Assembly (NCBI RefSeq): GCF_001194135.2
Contig: NC_069005.1
Location: 1,340,224 to 1,404,223 of the forward strand
DNA from: Octopus bimaculoides
Lineage: Eukaryota
Reading direction: 5' to 3'
Length of the DNA: 64,000 bases
Part shown: one piece after another, positions 12,913 to 24,887 of the stretch
Layout of the letters: each line of letters begins with the position of its first letter
Position numbering within the stretch: position 1 is the first letter of the stretch
The notes under the pieces: generated by a model
Database searches by the model: none
Told to the model about the DNA's origin: nothing
What the model saw: only the letters and a program-made list of their open reading frames with translations
Position numbers and translations under genes: made by a program

Positions 12913-13151
12913 TTAAGCCCTTTAGCATTTAAACTGGCCACATCCGGCCCAAATATTCTACCTTGTTTTGTTTTCAAATTGGCCTGAGATCCAGCCTCTC
13001 ATACTGACCTTGCAATGTCATAAAAATAAACAATCTCATCATCAAAATCTGGAAGCTACACAGTAATTAATGCATGATTAATTAAAAAAAAAAGAAATGT
13101 GAATAAGTAAGCATTAGATTTGACAGAATAACCTGAAAGTTAAAGGGTTAA
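12913..13151 (+). mobile_element. piggyBac-like MITE family F
   Basis: TTAA(G)CCCTTTAGCATTTAAACTGG...AAAGGGTTAA termini. Body shared with 32686, 61481 and 28017. Confidence 0.8.
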
Positions 13152-13239
13152 GATATGGGGCCCCTATTTTGTGAGTCATAGGAATTTCAGGGGATGACTA
13201 GGGCCTGTGAAGACCATTCCTATCTGTATTCGTAAGCCA

Positions 13240-13510
13240 CTATATGTGACTGGTGGTAGGTCATCCTTGTGTTATGTCTCCTCACCACAGGATGCTCGTA
13301 GACATGGTCCAACGCTACCAAGAAGCCATCAGATTCTGGAGCAGACACCACCAGGAATTCCCTGTTGCCCTCCAGTTAGCCAGGTTGCGGCCCTAGTACT
13401 ACCAGTGTCAGACCTGTGTGCCTTGGGTGGCCCTACTAGGGACTCTGAAATCCCCGATGGCATAGCTCTGACACTCGCTTGTTTAACCTTCCCACCGTAA
13501 TGCGGTCAAG
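13240..13510. mobile_element. Possible RTE-type LINE terminal or UTR fragment
   Basis: GACCTGTGTGCCTTGGGTGGCCCTACTAGG...GGCATAGCTCT resembles RTE UTR sequence. A similar motif occurs at 36170-36240. Confidence 0.35.
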
Positions 13511-14301
13511 GGTCAGGTTTTGAAACGAGGTTCTCATAGTGAAAGAGAGATGACTAGAATTTTTATCCTGTATTTTCTGACATTACAAGTGGACGTAGTA
13601 AATAATGCAAACATGTAGTGTAAACATTCAAACATCATTCACTGTCTTTCCAAACCCTGCTACATTTCACATGGAATTTTTGCTCCCTCCAAAGTCATCT
13701 TCTTGTATAAGTCGAGATCTACCTTTTCTTTTTTGTTTTTTTTGTGTGTAAATTTGGGTCTAAAAAATTCCATTTGTTTGCTGGAAAGTATGGTAACAAA
13801 AATAAGAACACAATTTGGTGGAAATTTGCTCTGGTTAACCAAGTATACTTCGCCTGCTATAGAGACAACATTAACAAGAAAAGAATTTAAAACTCCAAAT
13901 GCCCCCCCACCCCACGCACCCAAAAAATAAAAATCATACAAACAAAACTAAAACAGTTTATTTAGAGTGAAGGTATTATGTAGTGTAAAGGTTGGGTGTT
14001 TTGTTTGTCTGTTTTTTTTTTGTTTTTTTTTAGCCTCATTCCCTGACACTTTAAACTAGGAGCAATAGTAAATTTAGTTGCCCCCCCTCTCTGTCTCACA
14101 CACACACACTCTCTCTTTTCCTACTCTGCCTTCTCCCCCTCCTGTCATTCCTTTAGTCACTTTATTGCAGTGCTTGTGTTTTTCTTTTTCTTTTTTGAGT
14201 GGACTTGCTCTTAGCTGTATTATTTGAAATTACATACCATTGTCTGTGTGTGTGTGTGTGTGTACAAGTATATACTTGCACACAAAACATTTTGATTAAC
14301 T

Positions 14302-14346
<45 letters not shown>

Positions 14347-14369
14347 CTATGTATCTATGTATATGGTTA

Positions 14370-14600
14370 CATCATTTAATGTCCAGTTTCTTATGCTTAA
14401 CATGGGTCAGATAGAATTTGTTGAGATAGCTTTCCTACAGCTGGATGCCTTTCCTGTCACCAACCTTCACCTGCTTCCAGGCAAGGTAATATCTCCCTAT
14501 GGCCAGACATGGTTTTCATGGAAAACTGGAAACAATATCACGTGTATGACAGTGATGCATGCTTATACAACGATCATGTAATGCCAAGACAAGAGTACAC
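14370..14600 (-). mobile_element. RTE-tailed short element (family E)
   Basis: CTGGATGCCTTTCCTGTCACCAACCTTCACCTGCTTCCAGGCAAGGTAATATCTCCCTATGGCCAGACATG is the reverse of family E. Confidence 0.7.
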
Positions 14601-14609
14601 ACACACACA

Positions 14610-14714
14610 AGAGGCTTCTTTCAGTTTCCATCTGCCAAATCCACTCACAAGGCTTTGGTTGATAATATAATAGAAGACACTTGTTTCAGGTTCCATATTG
14701 CGGGACTGAACCCA
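14610..14714 (-). mobile_element. SINE family A fragment
   Basis: GGCTTCTTTCAGTTTCCATCTGCCAAATCCACTCACAAGGCTTTGGT...GGGACTGAACCC. Confidence 0.8.
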
Positions 14715-14949
14715 AGGCTACATATGGCCTCATCTGTGCTGATCATCTTGTATAGTAAATCAGGTTGTATAAGAAGGTGTCATTCCTAAAGACTGAAACA
14801 GCAGCATCATTGTCCACTGCTTACAAGGGCAAAAGGGACACATTGAAGAGGGAGGTAACTGCAGCAGCACTGACGCCTCTGTAGCTGCTTTCAATACCCA
14901 AGCAACTCTCAAGAATTAGTAGATAGCTACACCTGGAAATCAAAGCAAG

Positions 14950-15280
14950 CTGCGTGGCACCTTGGGCAAGTGTCTTCTCCTATAGCCTCGAGGCAACCAA
15001 AGCCTTGTGAGTGGATTTGGTTGACAGAAACTAAAAGAAGCCCGTCGTATATACATATGTGTGTGTGTGTGTGTATGTTTGTGTGTCTGTGTTTATTCAT
15101 CCACTATCGCTTGACAACCGATGCTGGTGTGTTTATGTCCCCATAACTTAGCAGATTTGCAAAAGAGACCTATACAATAAGTACTAGGCTTACGAGGAAT
15201 AATTCCTGGGGTTGATTTGTTTGACTAAAGGCAGTGCTCCAGCATGGCCACAGTCAAATGACTGAAACTAATAAAAGAAT
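14950..15280 (+). mobile_element. SINE family A, 5'-truncated, with internal microsatellite
   Basis: CTGCGTGGCACCTTGGGCAAGTGTCTTCT...ATCGCTTGACAACCGATGCTGGTGTG...GCTCCAGCATGGCCACAGTCAAATGACTGAAAC. Confidence 0.85.
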
Positions 15281-16664
15281 ACAAATATATGTATATATAT
15301 ATATATACATATATAAATATATATGTGTGTGTATGTGTGTGTGTGTATATATATATGCATCTACATAGCTCTGCATAAACACACCAGATGATAGAATAGA
15401 GTGACGAAAGAGAAAGAACCCATGAACAGGAGATGGAACAATGCAAAGAAACCAATATTTCCTTTGTATTTCTCTTATTAAAAAAAAAAGAATTGCTTTC
15501 CAGGAACTTTATGAAACCTTAAAATATCTTTATGGAAATATATAGATTTAAAAGTATTGATGGATATTTTGGTGGGGGAACGGAGTGGTGTTAATGTAAA
15601 AATTATATTAAAATAGCTTAAAATTATTTATTAATTTATTTTGTTTTTAGTTTCAATTTCTCGTTTTGATAAAAAAAAAAANNNNNNNNNNNNNNNNNNN
15701 NNNNNNNNNNNNNNNNNNNNNNNNNNNNNNNNNNNNNNNNNNNNNNNNNNNNNNNNNNNNNNNNNNNNNNNNNNNNNNNNNNNNNNNNNNNNNNNNNNNN
15801 NNNNNNNNNNNNNNNNNNNNNNNNNNNNNNNNNNNNNNNNNNNNNNNNNNNNNNNNNNNNNNNNNNNNNNNNNNNNNNNNNNNNNNNNNNNNNNNNNNNN
15901 NNNNNNNNNNNNNNNNNNNNNNNNNNNNNNNNNNNNNNNNNNNNNNNNNNNNNNNNNNNNNNNNNNNNNNNNNNNNNNNNNNNNNNNNNNNNNNNNNNNN
16001 NNNNNNNNNNNNNNNNNNNNNNNNNNNNNNNNNNNNNNNNNNNNNNNNNNNNNNNNNNNNNNNNNNNNNNNNNNNNNNNNNNNNNNNNNNNNNNNNNNNN
16101 NNNNNNNNNNNNNNNNNNNNNNNNNNNNNNNNNNNNNNNNNNNNNNNNNNNNNNNNNNNNNNNNNNNNNNNNNNNNNNNNNNNNNNNNNNNNNNNNNNNN
16201 NNNNNNNNNNNNNNNNNNNNNNNNNNNNNNNNNNNNNNNNNNNNNNNNNNNNNNNNNNNNNNNNNNNNNNNNNNNNNNNNNNNNNNNNNNNNNNNNNNNN
16301 NNNNNNNNNNNNNNNNNNNNNNNNNNNNNNNNNNNNNNNNNNNNNNNNNNNNNNNNNNNNNNNNNNNNNNNNNNNNNNNNNNNNNNNNNNNNNNNNNNNN
16401 NNNNNNNNNNNNNNNNNNNNNNNNNNNNNNNNNNNNNNNNNNNNNNNNNNNNNNNNNNNNNNNNNNNNNNNNNNNNNNNNNNNNNNNNNNNNNNNNNNNN
16501 NNNNNNNNNNNNNNNNNNNNNNNNNNNNNNNNNNNNNNNNNNNNNNNNNNNNNNNNNNNNNNNNNNNNNNNNNNNNNNNNNNNNNNNNNNNNNNNCCCCC
16601 CCTCCACACCACCGATGTTATCCAAGCAGAAGACAAAGGTCGATGAATTGGAACAACATGAATT

Positions 16665-16768
16665 AACGCGTCTTCCTCAAGAAAACAACACACCACCTAG
16701 TCTGGGAATCGAACTCACTACCTCATGATTGTGAGCCCACTGCTCTAACCTACGAGCCAGGCAGTCAC
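16665..16768 (-). mobile_element. SINE family C head fragment
   Basis: Reverse of TGGCTCGTAGGTTAGAGCAGTGGGCTCACAATCATGAGGTAGTGAGTTCGATTCCCAGAC (A and B boxes). Confidence 0.7.
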
Positions 16769-16871
16769 CAGTTTTTAAGCCCTCTTGCAGTAGTAGTTGG
16801 TGACTGGAAGAGCGTCCAGCTGTAAAAAAATCTGCCTCAGCAAATTTCATGTAACTCATCTATCAGCATGT

Positions 16872-17125
16872 GGAGGCACATGGCTTAGTGGTTAGGGTGT
16901 TGGACTCATGATCATAATAAGATTGTGGTTTTGATTCCTGGACTGGGCGACATGTTGTGTTCTTGAGCAAAACACTTTATTTCACGTTGCTTCAGTCCAC
17001 TCAGCTGGCAAAAATAAATAAACCTGCAATGGACCGGTGTCCCATCCAGGTGCAGAATGTATATACTATGAAACCAGGAAACCGGCCCTTGTGAGTCGGC
17101 AGTGTTGCTCAAGAAGGCCACTTTA
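16872..17125 (+). mobile_element. SINE family C
   Basis: GGAGGCACATGGCTTAGTGGTTAGGGTGTTGGACTCATGATC...TTTGATTCCTGG...TTGTGTTCTTGAGCAAAACACTTTATTTCAC. Confidence 0.85.
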
Positions 17126-17494
17126 CTGCATGGAGAAACATGTAAAAACAACAATTGATGGTAAATTGAAGTCGAAATCAAATGCAATGGTTTTCGGAAG
17201 TTTTATAATAGAATTAATGTTAAATTCATTAAAGTGCTTGCAATAGAATTAATGAATTTCAGTTTCATTGCTGAGAGGTCACTGAATTCATTAACTGGAT
17301 GTTTACAAGTATGTGCATGCGTATGTGTGAGAAAAGTATCTTTCTCTCACTCTCTTCTTCCCCCCTTTCTCTTTCTCTCTTCCTCTCCTCTTTCTCTCTC
17401 TCTCTCTCATGTATGCTTACGTGTTCATGTCCCTTTTCTTTAACTCTTAAAATAGTTTTATTTTCAAATTAAATGTTATATTTAAGTGTTTTTG

Positions 17495-17726
17495 AATAAT
17501 AATCCTTTCTACCTTAAGCATGAGGCTTGAAATTCTTTTTGGTGGAGGGGGGGGCTAGTCAATTACATCGACCTCAGTACTCAACTGGTACCTATTTCAT
17601 TGACCCAGAAAGGACGAATAGCAAAGTTGACACAAGCAGAGTTTGAACTCCACACGTGATGATGGACAAAATGTTGCTTAAGCATTTTTGGCTGACGTGC
17701 TCATAATTCTGCCAGTTCACCACCTT
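17495..17726 (-). mobile_element. SINE family B
   Basis: Reverse complement of the B body, with (AAT)n tail at left and head GCCAGTTCACCACC at right. Confidence 0.8.
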
Positions 17727-17808
17727 ATTTGCATTGCATAATAATGATGATAGGTTTACTGAAACATGTGTATGTTTTATAAAGCTTTAAATACCATATA
17801 TGTTCCCT

Positions 17809-18033
17809 GGCAGTGAGCTGGTAGAATCGTTAGTGCATCAGGCAAAATGCTTAGCAGAATTTCATCTGTCTTTATGTTCTGAGTTCAAATTCCACCAAGT
17901 TCAACTTTACGATTCATCCCTTTCAGAGTTGGTTAAAGAAGTACCAGTCATATACTGGGGTTGTTATAATCAACTTACCCTTTCCTCCGAAATTGCAGGC
18001 CTTGTGTCAAAGCTTAAAACCATTATTACTATT
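17809..18033 (+). mobile_element. SINE family B
   Basis: GGCAGTGAGCTGGTAGAATCGTTAG...GAGTTCAAATTCC...CATTATTACTATT. Confidence 0.85.
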
Positions 18034-18069
18034 TCTGTGTCTATGTGTGTGTGTATGTGTATGGTGATT

Positions 18070-18195
18070 TTCTTCCAGTTTCTGTGTACCAAATTCACTC
18101 ACATATGTTGGTCAGCCTGGAGCCATAGTAGAAGATATTTGCCCAAGGTACCATACAGTGGAACTGTACCCTAAACCATATAGTAGGAAGCAAAA
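18070..18195 (-). mobile_element. SINE family A fragment
   Basis: CAGTTTCTGTGTACCAAATTCACTCAC...TAGTAGAAGATATTTGCCCAAGGTACCATACAGTGGAACTG. Confidence 0.7.
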
Positions 18196-18271
18196 CACGA
18201 AAAGTTAAATTCAACTTCAGCAGAATTTGAACTTAAAACCATAAGACTAGCAGATAACTGGACATCATTGC

Positions 18272-18900
18272 TAGCAATGAAGCTAGCATCTTCTGCTGGA
18301 TGGATAATGTCAGTGTGCATGTGCGACAGAGTGTAAATGATTTAAGAGGAAAACTGGGAATAAGAGGCATCAGAAGTTGTGTGCAAGAGGGAAGAAGGCT
18401 GCGCTGCTTTGGTCATGTGATGTGTATGGCTGAAGGCAGCTGCATGAAGAAGTGCTGAGCTCTAGTTGTGGAAGGAACCTGTGGAAGGGGTAGACCCAGG
18501 AAGACGTGGGACGAAATAGTGAGAAAGGATCTTTGGACACTGGGCCTCGCTGAGAAAATGACAAGGGACCAGGATAAGTGGTGATTTGCTGTACTTGATA
18601 AGACGCGTCAAACTAAGTAAAACTGCTGTCTTCCACACATACAGGCTGGTCCTTTACAGGTGCCGGTGCCACTTAAAAAGCACCCATGTCGGTACTGCAT
18701 AGACACACCCATGCCAGTGGCATGTAAGAAGCACTCAGTACGCTCTGCTAAGTGGTTGGCATTAGGAAGGGCATCGAGCTATAGAAACCATGTTACATCA
18801 GACAGTTGGGGGTCTGGACAGCTCCCTGCTAGCCAGCCCCATGTCAAACTGTCCAATCCATGCCAGCATGGAGAGTGGACATCAAACGATGATGATGCTA
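18272..18900 (+). mobile_element. 5'-truncated RTE-clade LINE (ORF2 C-terminus with stops, 3' UTR, (GAT)n tail)
   Basis: Single-frame translation NEASIFCWMDNVSVH...RRLRCFGHVMCM...KKC*ALVVEGTCGRGRPRKTWDEIVRKDL...DQDKW* matches RTE ORF2 (RLRWFGHV, GRPRKTW). Followed by TTGGCATTAGGAAGGGCATC...CATGCCAGCATGG...GATGATGATG. Confidence 0.9.
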
Positions 18901-19126
18901 CTGTATCTAAGTTTAGGTCATTTCGTTAATATTTTGCTGCGTTTCTTTTTTTCCCCAGCTTCCCTTCCATTGAGTTCTTCATCTTTTACAGATGATTCCT
19001 GTAAAAATGTTAAGTGCCAGCCCCCCTCCCCTCCACCCCATCTCCAAGTTTGGAGAATATTGTTCTACAGGGTGACTCCCACATTTCCGTTTTTCAACTA
19101 AGTAGCTAAAAGACAAAAAAACAAGT

Positions 19127-19243
19127 CGGTTGCCACCACCATAACCAGCACCACCGCCACCAACAGCAACAACACCACCAGTACTATTACATTACCACCA
19201 CCACCACCACCACTACCACCACCACCACCACCACTACCACCAC
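19127..19243. repeat. (ACC/ACT)n trinucleotide repeat running into a gap
   Basis: Direct inspection. Confidence 0.9.
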
Positions 19244-19893
19244 NNNNNNNNNNNNNNNNNNNNNNNNNNNNNNNNNNNNNNNNNNNNNNNNNNNNNNNNN
19301 NNNNNNNNNNNNNNNNNNNNNNNNNNNNNNNNNNNNNNNNNNNNNNNNNNNNNNNNNNNNNNNNNNNNNNNNNNNNNNNNNNNNNNNNNNNNNNNNNNNN
19401 NNNNNNNNNNNNNNNNNNNNNNNNNNNNNNNNNNNNNNNNNNNNNNNNNNNNNNNNNNNNNNNNNNNNNNNNNNNNNNNNNNNNNNNNNNNNNNNNNNNN
19501 NNNNNNNNNNNNNNNNNNNNNNNNNNNNNNNNNNNNNNNNNNNNNNNNNNNNNNNNNNNNNNNNNNNNNNNNNNNNNNNNNNNNNNNNNNNNNNNNNNNN
19601 NNNNNNNNNNNNNNNNNNNNNNNNNNNNNNNNNNNNNNNNNNNNNNNNNNNNNNNNNNNNNNNNNNNNNNNNNNNNNNNNNNNNNNNNNNNNNNNNNNNN
19701 NNNNNNNNNNNNNNNNNNNNNNNNNNNNNNNNNNNNNNNNNNNNNNNNNNNNNNNNNNNNNNNNNNNNNNNNNNNNNNNNNNNNNNNNNNNNNNNNNNNN
19801 NNNNNNNNNNNNNNNNNNNNNNNNNNNNNNNNNNNNNNNNNNNNNNNNNNNNNNNNNNNNNNNNNNNNNNNNNNNNNNNNNNNNNNNNNNNNN

Positions 19894-19948
<55 letters not shown>

Positions 19949-21381
19949 TATATATATCAGAGGCGACTCGAGGTCATCAGCGTCACTCGGGCTCATCATA
20001 GATTTCGCCTCAGGCATGCCTACTTGAAGAATTTCATGTTTTCCCACAATATATTTAGCTGCAAATGGCTTATTTCTTTTTATACTTAGCACTATGTTTT
20101 TCTCCATTTCTAACTTAAGGGTAAAAATAAATCAACCCTCCAAAAACGCAACTGATCCAAAACGCACAGAATAACACCAATCAAATAACGACAGTGGAGT
20201 GCACAACACACATCAGCAATCTGACTGTCACCTGTACTCTAGGTTTAATGTTAAAGTGTTGGCATCTAGATTAGGAAGAGTTTAGATGTTATTTCTATTG
20301 TAATTGTGTTGTTTAGCCCATGGTCAACTGTGATCCAGCAGATGTTGGATCAAAGCTGTTTCAGTTTTTGTCCATCCCATCCAACATTTGGATACATTGT
20401 ATCCGAGGACCGATGTCTTCATTCCTTACATAACATGTAAATATGTGATTTGTGGGGAAAGGATTTGGCTGCTATCTCTAGTAAGTCTAGTGACATCATT
20501 GTGGCTCCTCCATTGGCTTGGCAGTAAATGGTCTTGCGACTCTGGGCATGGCAGATTGCTAAGATTACATCAGTCATCAGCCTCAGAACTCATTCCGCTG
20601 CTATTTCACAGTTGAGTGGATGGCGCTTATTGGAAAGATACATCAAAACTTATGAAGACAACTGCTCCAATAGAAGCCATCTCGACCATGCAAGCAGCAA
20701 ATAGAAAGAAGACACACTGCATGCACTTATATATATATACATATATATATGTATAAATATACATATACATACACTGACATATTTAATAATTTATAAGTTA
20801 TCAGTCAACAGCTTCCTTGCTACATGGTTCACCCCTCCCTTCTACTGCTCATTGATAGCTAGTTGTCTCTTCTTTCTTTTCTTCTTTTTTTTTTTCCATC
20901 TGGAAAGAAAAAAAAGAAGTCTGCTGTGATTATTGTGTTGCCTTAGTTCCCACAGACTGAAGTGTGTCACAAGTCTTGCAGCTTCATCTCACTCCTTCAC
21001 TGTCAACTTTCAGAACAATGGCCTACTGTGCCAATTTCAGTTCCGAGTCTGCTATTGTCTGCAGACATTTTCCCTATTATTTTACTCATGTCATTACGAA
21101 AACCTTAATGAAAACTTACTATGTTTGACTAGTTCCGTCATAGTTTTTGAATAATTAGTGCCATAAACGACAAGTCTTGATTGTTTGTCTTGCGTGCCGT
21201 TGAAATTCTTTCCAACCATCATTTGTCTTCGTTATTAGAAACGAAACAAACGAATACAAGTCGAGATTACTTTCACCGTCGAATATCAAATTCTCTGATT
21301 ACGACTGAAGTTTGTAATGAAAAATAAAAACAATCTTGTCATATTTCATGATAATGATAATAATAATAATAATAATAATAA

Positions 21382-21590
21382 TTTCAAATTTTGGCACAAG
21401 GCCAGCAATTTGGGGGTAAGCGGGGAGAAAGTTGATTACATTGACCCTAGTGCTCAACTGGTGCTTATTTTATCAACCCCAAAAGGATGAAAGGCAAAGC
21501 CGGCCTCGATGGAATTTGAACTCAGAACGTAAAAATGTAAGATCATGAAGCATTTTGTCTGGTATGCTAATGATTTTGGCAGCTCACCAT
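21382..21590 (-). mobile_element. SINE family B between (AAT)n runs
   Basis: Reverse of the B body, flanked by (TAA)n at 21355-21381 and 21603-21633. Confidence 0.85.
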
Positions 21591-21602
21591 ATTTTGATGA
21601 TG

Positions 21603-21634
<32 letters not shown>

Positions 21635-21714
21635 CCTTTCTATTATAGGCACAAGGCCTGAAATTTGGGGGAGGGGGATAATGTCTTCTACTATTATAAC
21701 TCTGGGCTGACTGA

Positions 21715-21955
21715 TGCCATGTGAGTGAATTTGGTAGATGGAAACTGAAAGAAGCCTGTTCATGCGTATTTGAGTGTGTGTCTTTGTATTTGTCCCTCAC
21801 CACATCATAACTGGTGTTTGTTTGTTTACATTCCTGTAACTTGGTGGTTTGTCAAAATGAAACCAACAATGAAGACCAAGCTCAGAGTAATAAATCGATT
21901 CATTCAATGAGTGCCCCAGCATGGCCACAATCCAATGGCTGAAATAAGTTAATGA
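21715..21955 (+). mobile_element. SINE family A, 3' part
   Basis: GTGAGTGAATTTGGTAGATGGAAACTGAAAGAAGCC...CCAGCATGGCCACAATCCAATGGCTGAAATAAG. Confidence 0.75.
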
Positions 21956-21972
21956 ATTCCTGTACATGTGAA

Positions 21973-22190
21973 GGCAGTGAGCTGGCAGGGTCGTTAGCAC
22001 CCCGGGTGAAATGCTTACCAGTATTTTGTCTGTCTTTATATTCAGAGTTCAAATTCCACCAAGGTCGACTTCGCCTTTCATCCTTTTGGGGTTGATAAAT
22101 TAAGAACCAGTTGCGTACTGGGGTCGATCTAATTGGCTGGGCCCCTCCCCAATAATTTCAAGCCTTGTGCCTAGGGTAGGAAAAAATATT
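21973..22190 (+). mobile_element. SINE family B
   Basis: AAGGCAGTGAGCTGGCAGGGTCGTTAGCACCCCGGGTGAAATGC...GTCGACTTCGCCTTTCATCC. Confidence 0.85.
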
Positions 22191-22252
22191 TGAACATGTG
22201 GTTACATGTAATTGTTTAGTTTCTACAGACACTTCTTTAGCAGATGCTACAC

Positions 22253-22292
<40 letters not shown>

Positions 22293-22579
22293 TCTAATTG
22301 ATTGGTCAGTCTTTGTTGTTGGTAAATAAGATTTAAGTCTTAATTTCTAAGTCAAAACATGTGTTCTCCATTCTGAAGTAGGCAGCAAGGTGTTTATTGG
22401 TAGACATAAAAATATTAAAAAAATGGTTAAGAGGATAATCTATTGGATTATTTACTCAAGGGATTGTAAATTCAAATCCTTACTGTTGGGAGTTTGGTCG
22501 TATTTTTGGAGAAGCTTCTTAATTTTGTAAGAGAATTATTTTTCATAATATGTTTGTGTTTTCCTTATCCTGGTATCAT

Positions 22580-22810
22580 ATGATAGCTGTAAATGAGTGT
22601 CACTGTCATACATGCAGTGTCATTCATTTATAATATTCTGCAGAGTTATGTCTGGCCATGGGGAAATGTTTCCTTGTTTGGAAACAGGTGAGAGTTGTCT
22701 GCAAGAAGGGCATCCAACTGTAGAAAATCTGCCTCGTTAAAACTCTATTTGACCTTTGCAAGCAAGGACAACTGGATGTCACAATGAGGAGGATGATGAT
22801 GATGATGTTA
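22580..22810 (+). mobile_element. RTE-tailed short element (family E)
   Basis: ATGTCTGGCCATGGGGAAATG...GGAAACAGGTGAG...GAAGGGCATCCAACTGTAGAAAATCTGCCTC...GATGATGATG. Confidence 0.7.
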
Positions 22811-23505
22811 CTGTTTGAGCCAGTTTGCAGCAACCACATTATAGAAGCCTTCTCTGCCTCCTTGTTCTTCCTCCGCTTTCTTCTCAACATCAATATGCTA
22901 TTCCCACTTGCCCTTATGTTCTAATCTATTAGGATCTGGAAAAGTTATGGGCTCTGTCCCTTAACCTCTTCTTCAGACTTCAAGTATTCAAACAACAACT
23001 TCCACTAACGAGGATTCAACAATTATTTAATTGCTGTGTTTGGCTTTATCATGTTTTATTGGAGAATGTTGTTTTGAAAATAAACTCGAGAATCTGTGCT
23101 TCTTTCAAAGTGGGTGGTAACTCACCACTGTGGGGTGGGGTGGAAAAGTAGAGCATGTTATATGGGTACCGGAGACAACAGATGCATCTGTACGGCTTCT
23201 TCAGTTTATGTCTCATATTTAAATATTGACTTAAAAAATAATTTAGATGTAATACTATTATAATAGATGTAATAATATTATTGCTTGTTAGCTACAATCA
23301 CAACAACAACAAGAAAAATAATAGGCTCTGAAATGTGAGAAAGTAAATAAACAAAACCGAATATATATGTTGGAATAGATTTTAGCATGGCAACAATTGA
23401 CTGCACATGTCTTTACAAACTGCTTGGCCATTTGACCTGCTAGAAATAGCAACCAGATTACTAAATTATACCCTGCTATTGTAAAACTGGATGCTGGACA
23501 ATGTA

Positions 23506-23727
23506 ACCTTGACCCCTTTTGTTAGCATATTTTTGTTGAAGTGCTTTTGTTTCAGTTAATTTTGAAAGTAATGAAGAAATTAATAAGATGACGTTTTCAA
23601 TATTAAACTGGTGTTTGAAAGGTAAATTAACAGGAAAATTCGATGGAAGGTTTTAATTTAGATTGCTTTTAAACAAGAAATTGATATTAGAGAACCAGGG
23701 ACAGTCTCAGATACCAGGTTGATTAAA
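23506..23727 (+). mobile_element. piggyBac-like MITE family G
   Basis: Body TTTGTTTCAGTTAATTTTGAAAGTAATGAAGAA...GATGGAAGGTTTTAATTTAGAT shared with 38796, 38962, 45605 and 55014. Confidence 0.7.
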
Positions 23728-24224
23728 TACAGTAACAAGCTTTTTATTTTCCACTTAAGGTTTCATACTTGTTAAATATATTTTCAAAGTTTACATAAAA
23801 ATAATTTTATCTTACGGTTCAAGAACTGTTATGGAAATTGTTTGTCTTGGAGTATTTTTGAGTAATACCTGAGTATTTTAGTTAGTTTGTGTGTATCTGT
23901 CTATTTGAATAAATAAATAAAATAAGCAAAAAAAGGAGCTGTGTTATTGAAAACTTTGTAGGACATACACTTGTTTCAGTAAAAGTCCAAAATGATTACA
24001 TAACAGTAGTAGAAACGTGAAATCATGCATTTTACCTCATCAGTGTCCTGCAATAAATATTACAGCCAATGTCAGTGCTCCAAGTATATACACTTTTCCC
24101 CATTATGCAAATAATCGACAACCTTGCTTAAGGTCACATAAAATAGCGAGCTGTTGCATTTTACTCTGTCCCATTTTAGTTATATCTATATATATATATA
24201 TACAAACTTACGTGTGTGTGTGTG

Positions 24225-24420
24225 CTTTTGTGTCTGTGCTTGTCCCCTCACCATCGCTTGACAACTGATGTTGGTGTGTTTATGTCCCTGTAATGTAGGG
24301 GTTCAGTAAAAGAGACCGTTCAGCAAAGAATAAGCCCTGGGGTCGATTTCTTCGACTAAAACCCTTTAAGGCAGTGCTCCAGTATGGCCGCTGTCAAATG
24401 ACTGAAACAAGTAAAAAAAT
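24225..24420 (+). mobile_element. SINE family A, 3' half
   Basis: CACCATCGCTTGACAACTGATGTTGGTGTG...GACTAAAACCCTTTAAGGCAGTGCTCCAGTATGGCCGCTGTCAAATGACTGAAAC. Confidence 0.8.
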
Positions 24421-24828
24421 AAAAGAAAATAATTATTGCATACCGTTTCTTTGATACAATACTCAGTACCTGGGTACATTTGGTCATATAAAATGTGTGT
24501 GTGCGTGTGATATCTTGTATGTGTGCACACACACACACACATATACCATTAAGACACCTGTTAGTATTGTGGAGCATATTAGCAAACAATTCAATTATCT
24601 TGAGTAAAAATCAATGACATATACACATCTAAATAATATATATATATATATATTTTATATATATATACACACTGTGTGCTACCTACACACATAGACACCC
24701 ATAAAGCATTTATATATATTTTATGTATACATATTTTTCAATATATATGTACAGACATATATATGTATTTGAAGATGTGTGAACAGCTGTTACATACATA
24801 CATGTATACATACATGTATACATACATT

Positions 24829-24887
<59 letters not shown>

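Noticed and set aside
16872-16945. tRNA-like sequences with A and B boxes (also at 28876, 9313, 60754 and others)
   Set aside because: They continue into SINE bodies and lack a complete cloverleaf and acceptor stem; these are SINE heads, not tRNA genes.
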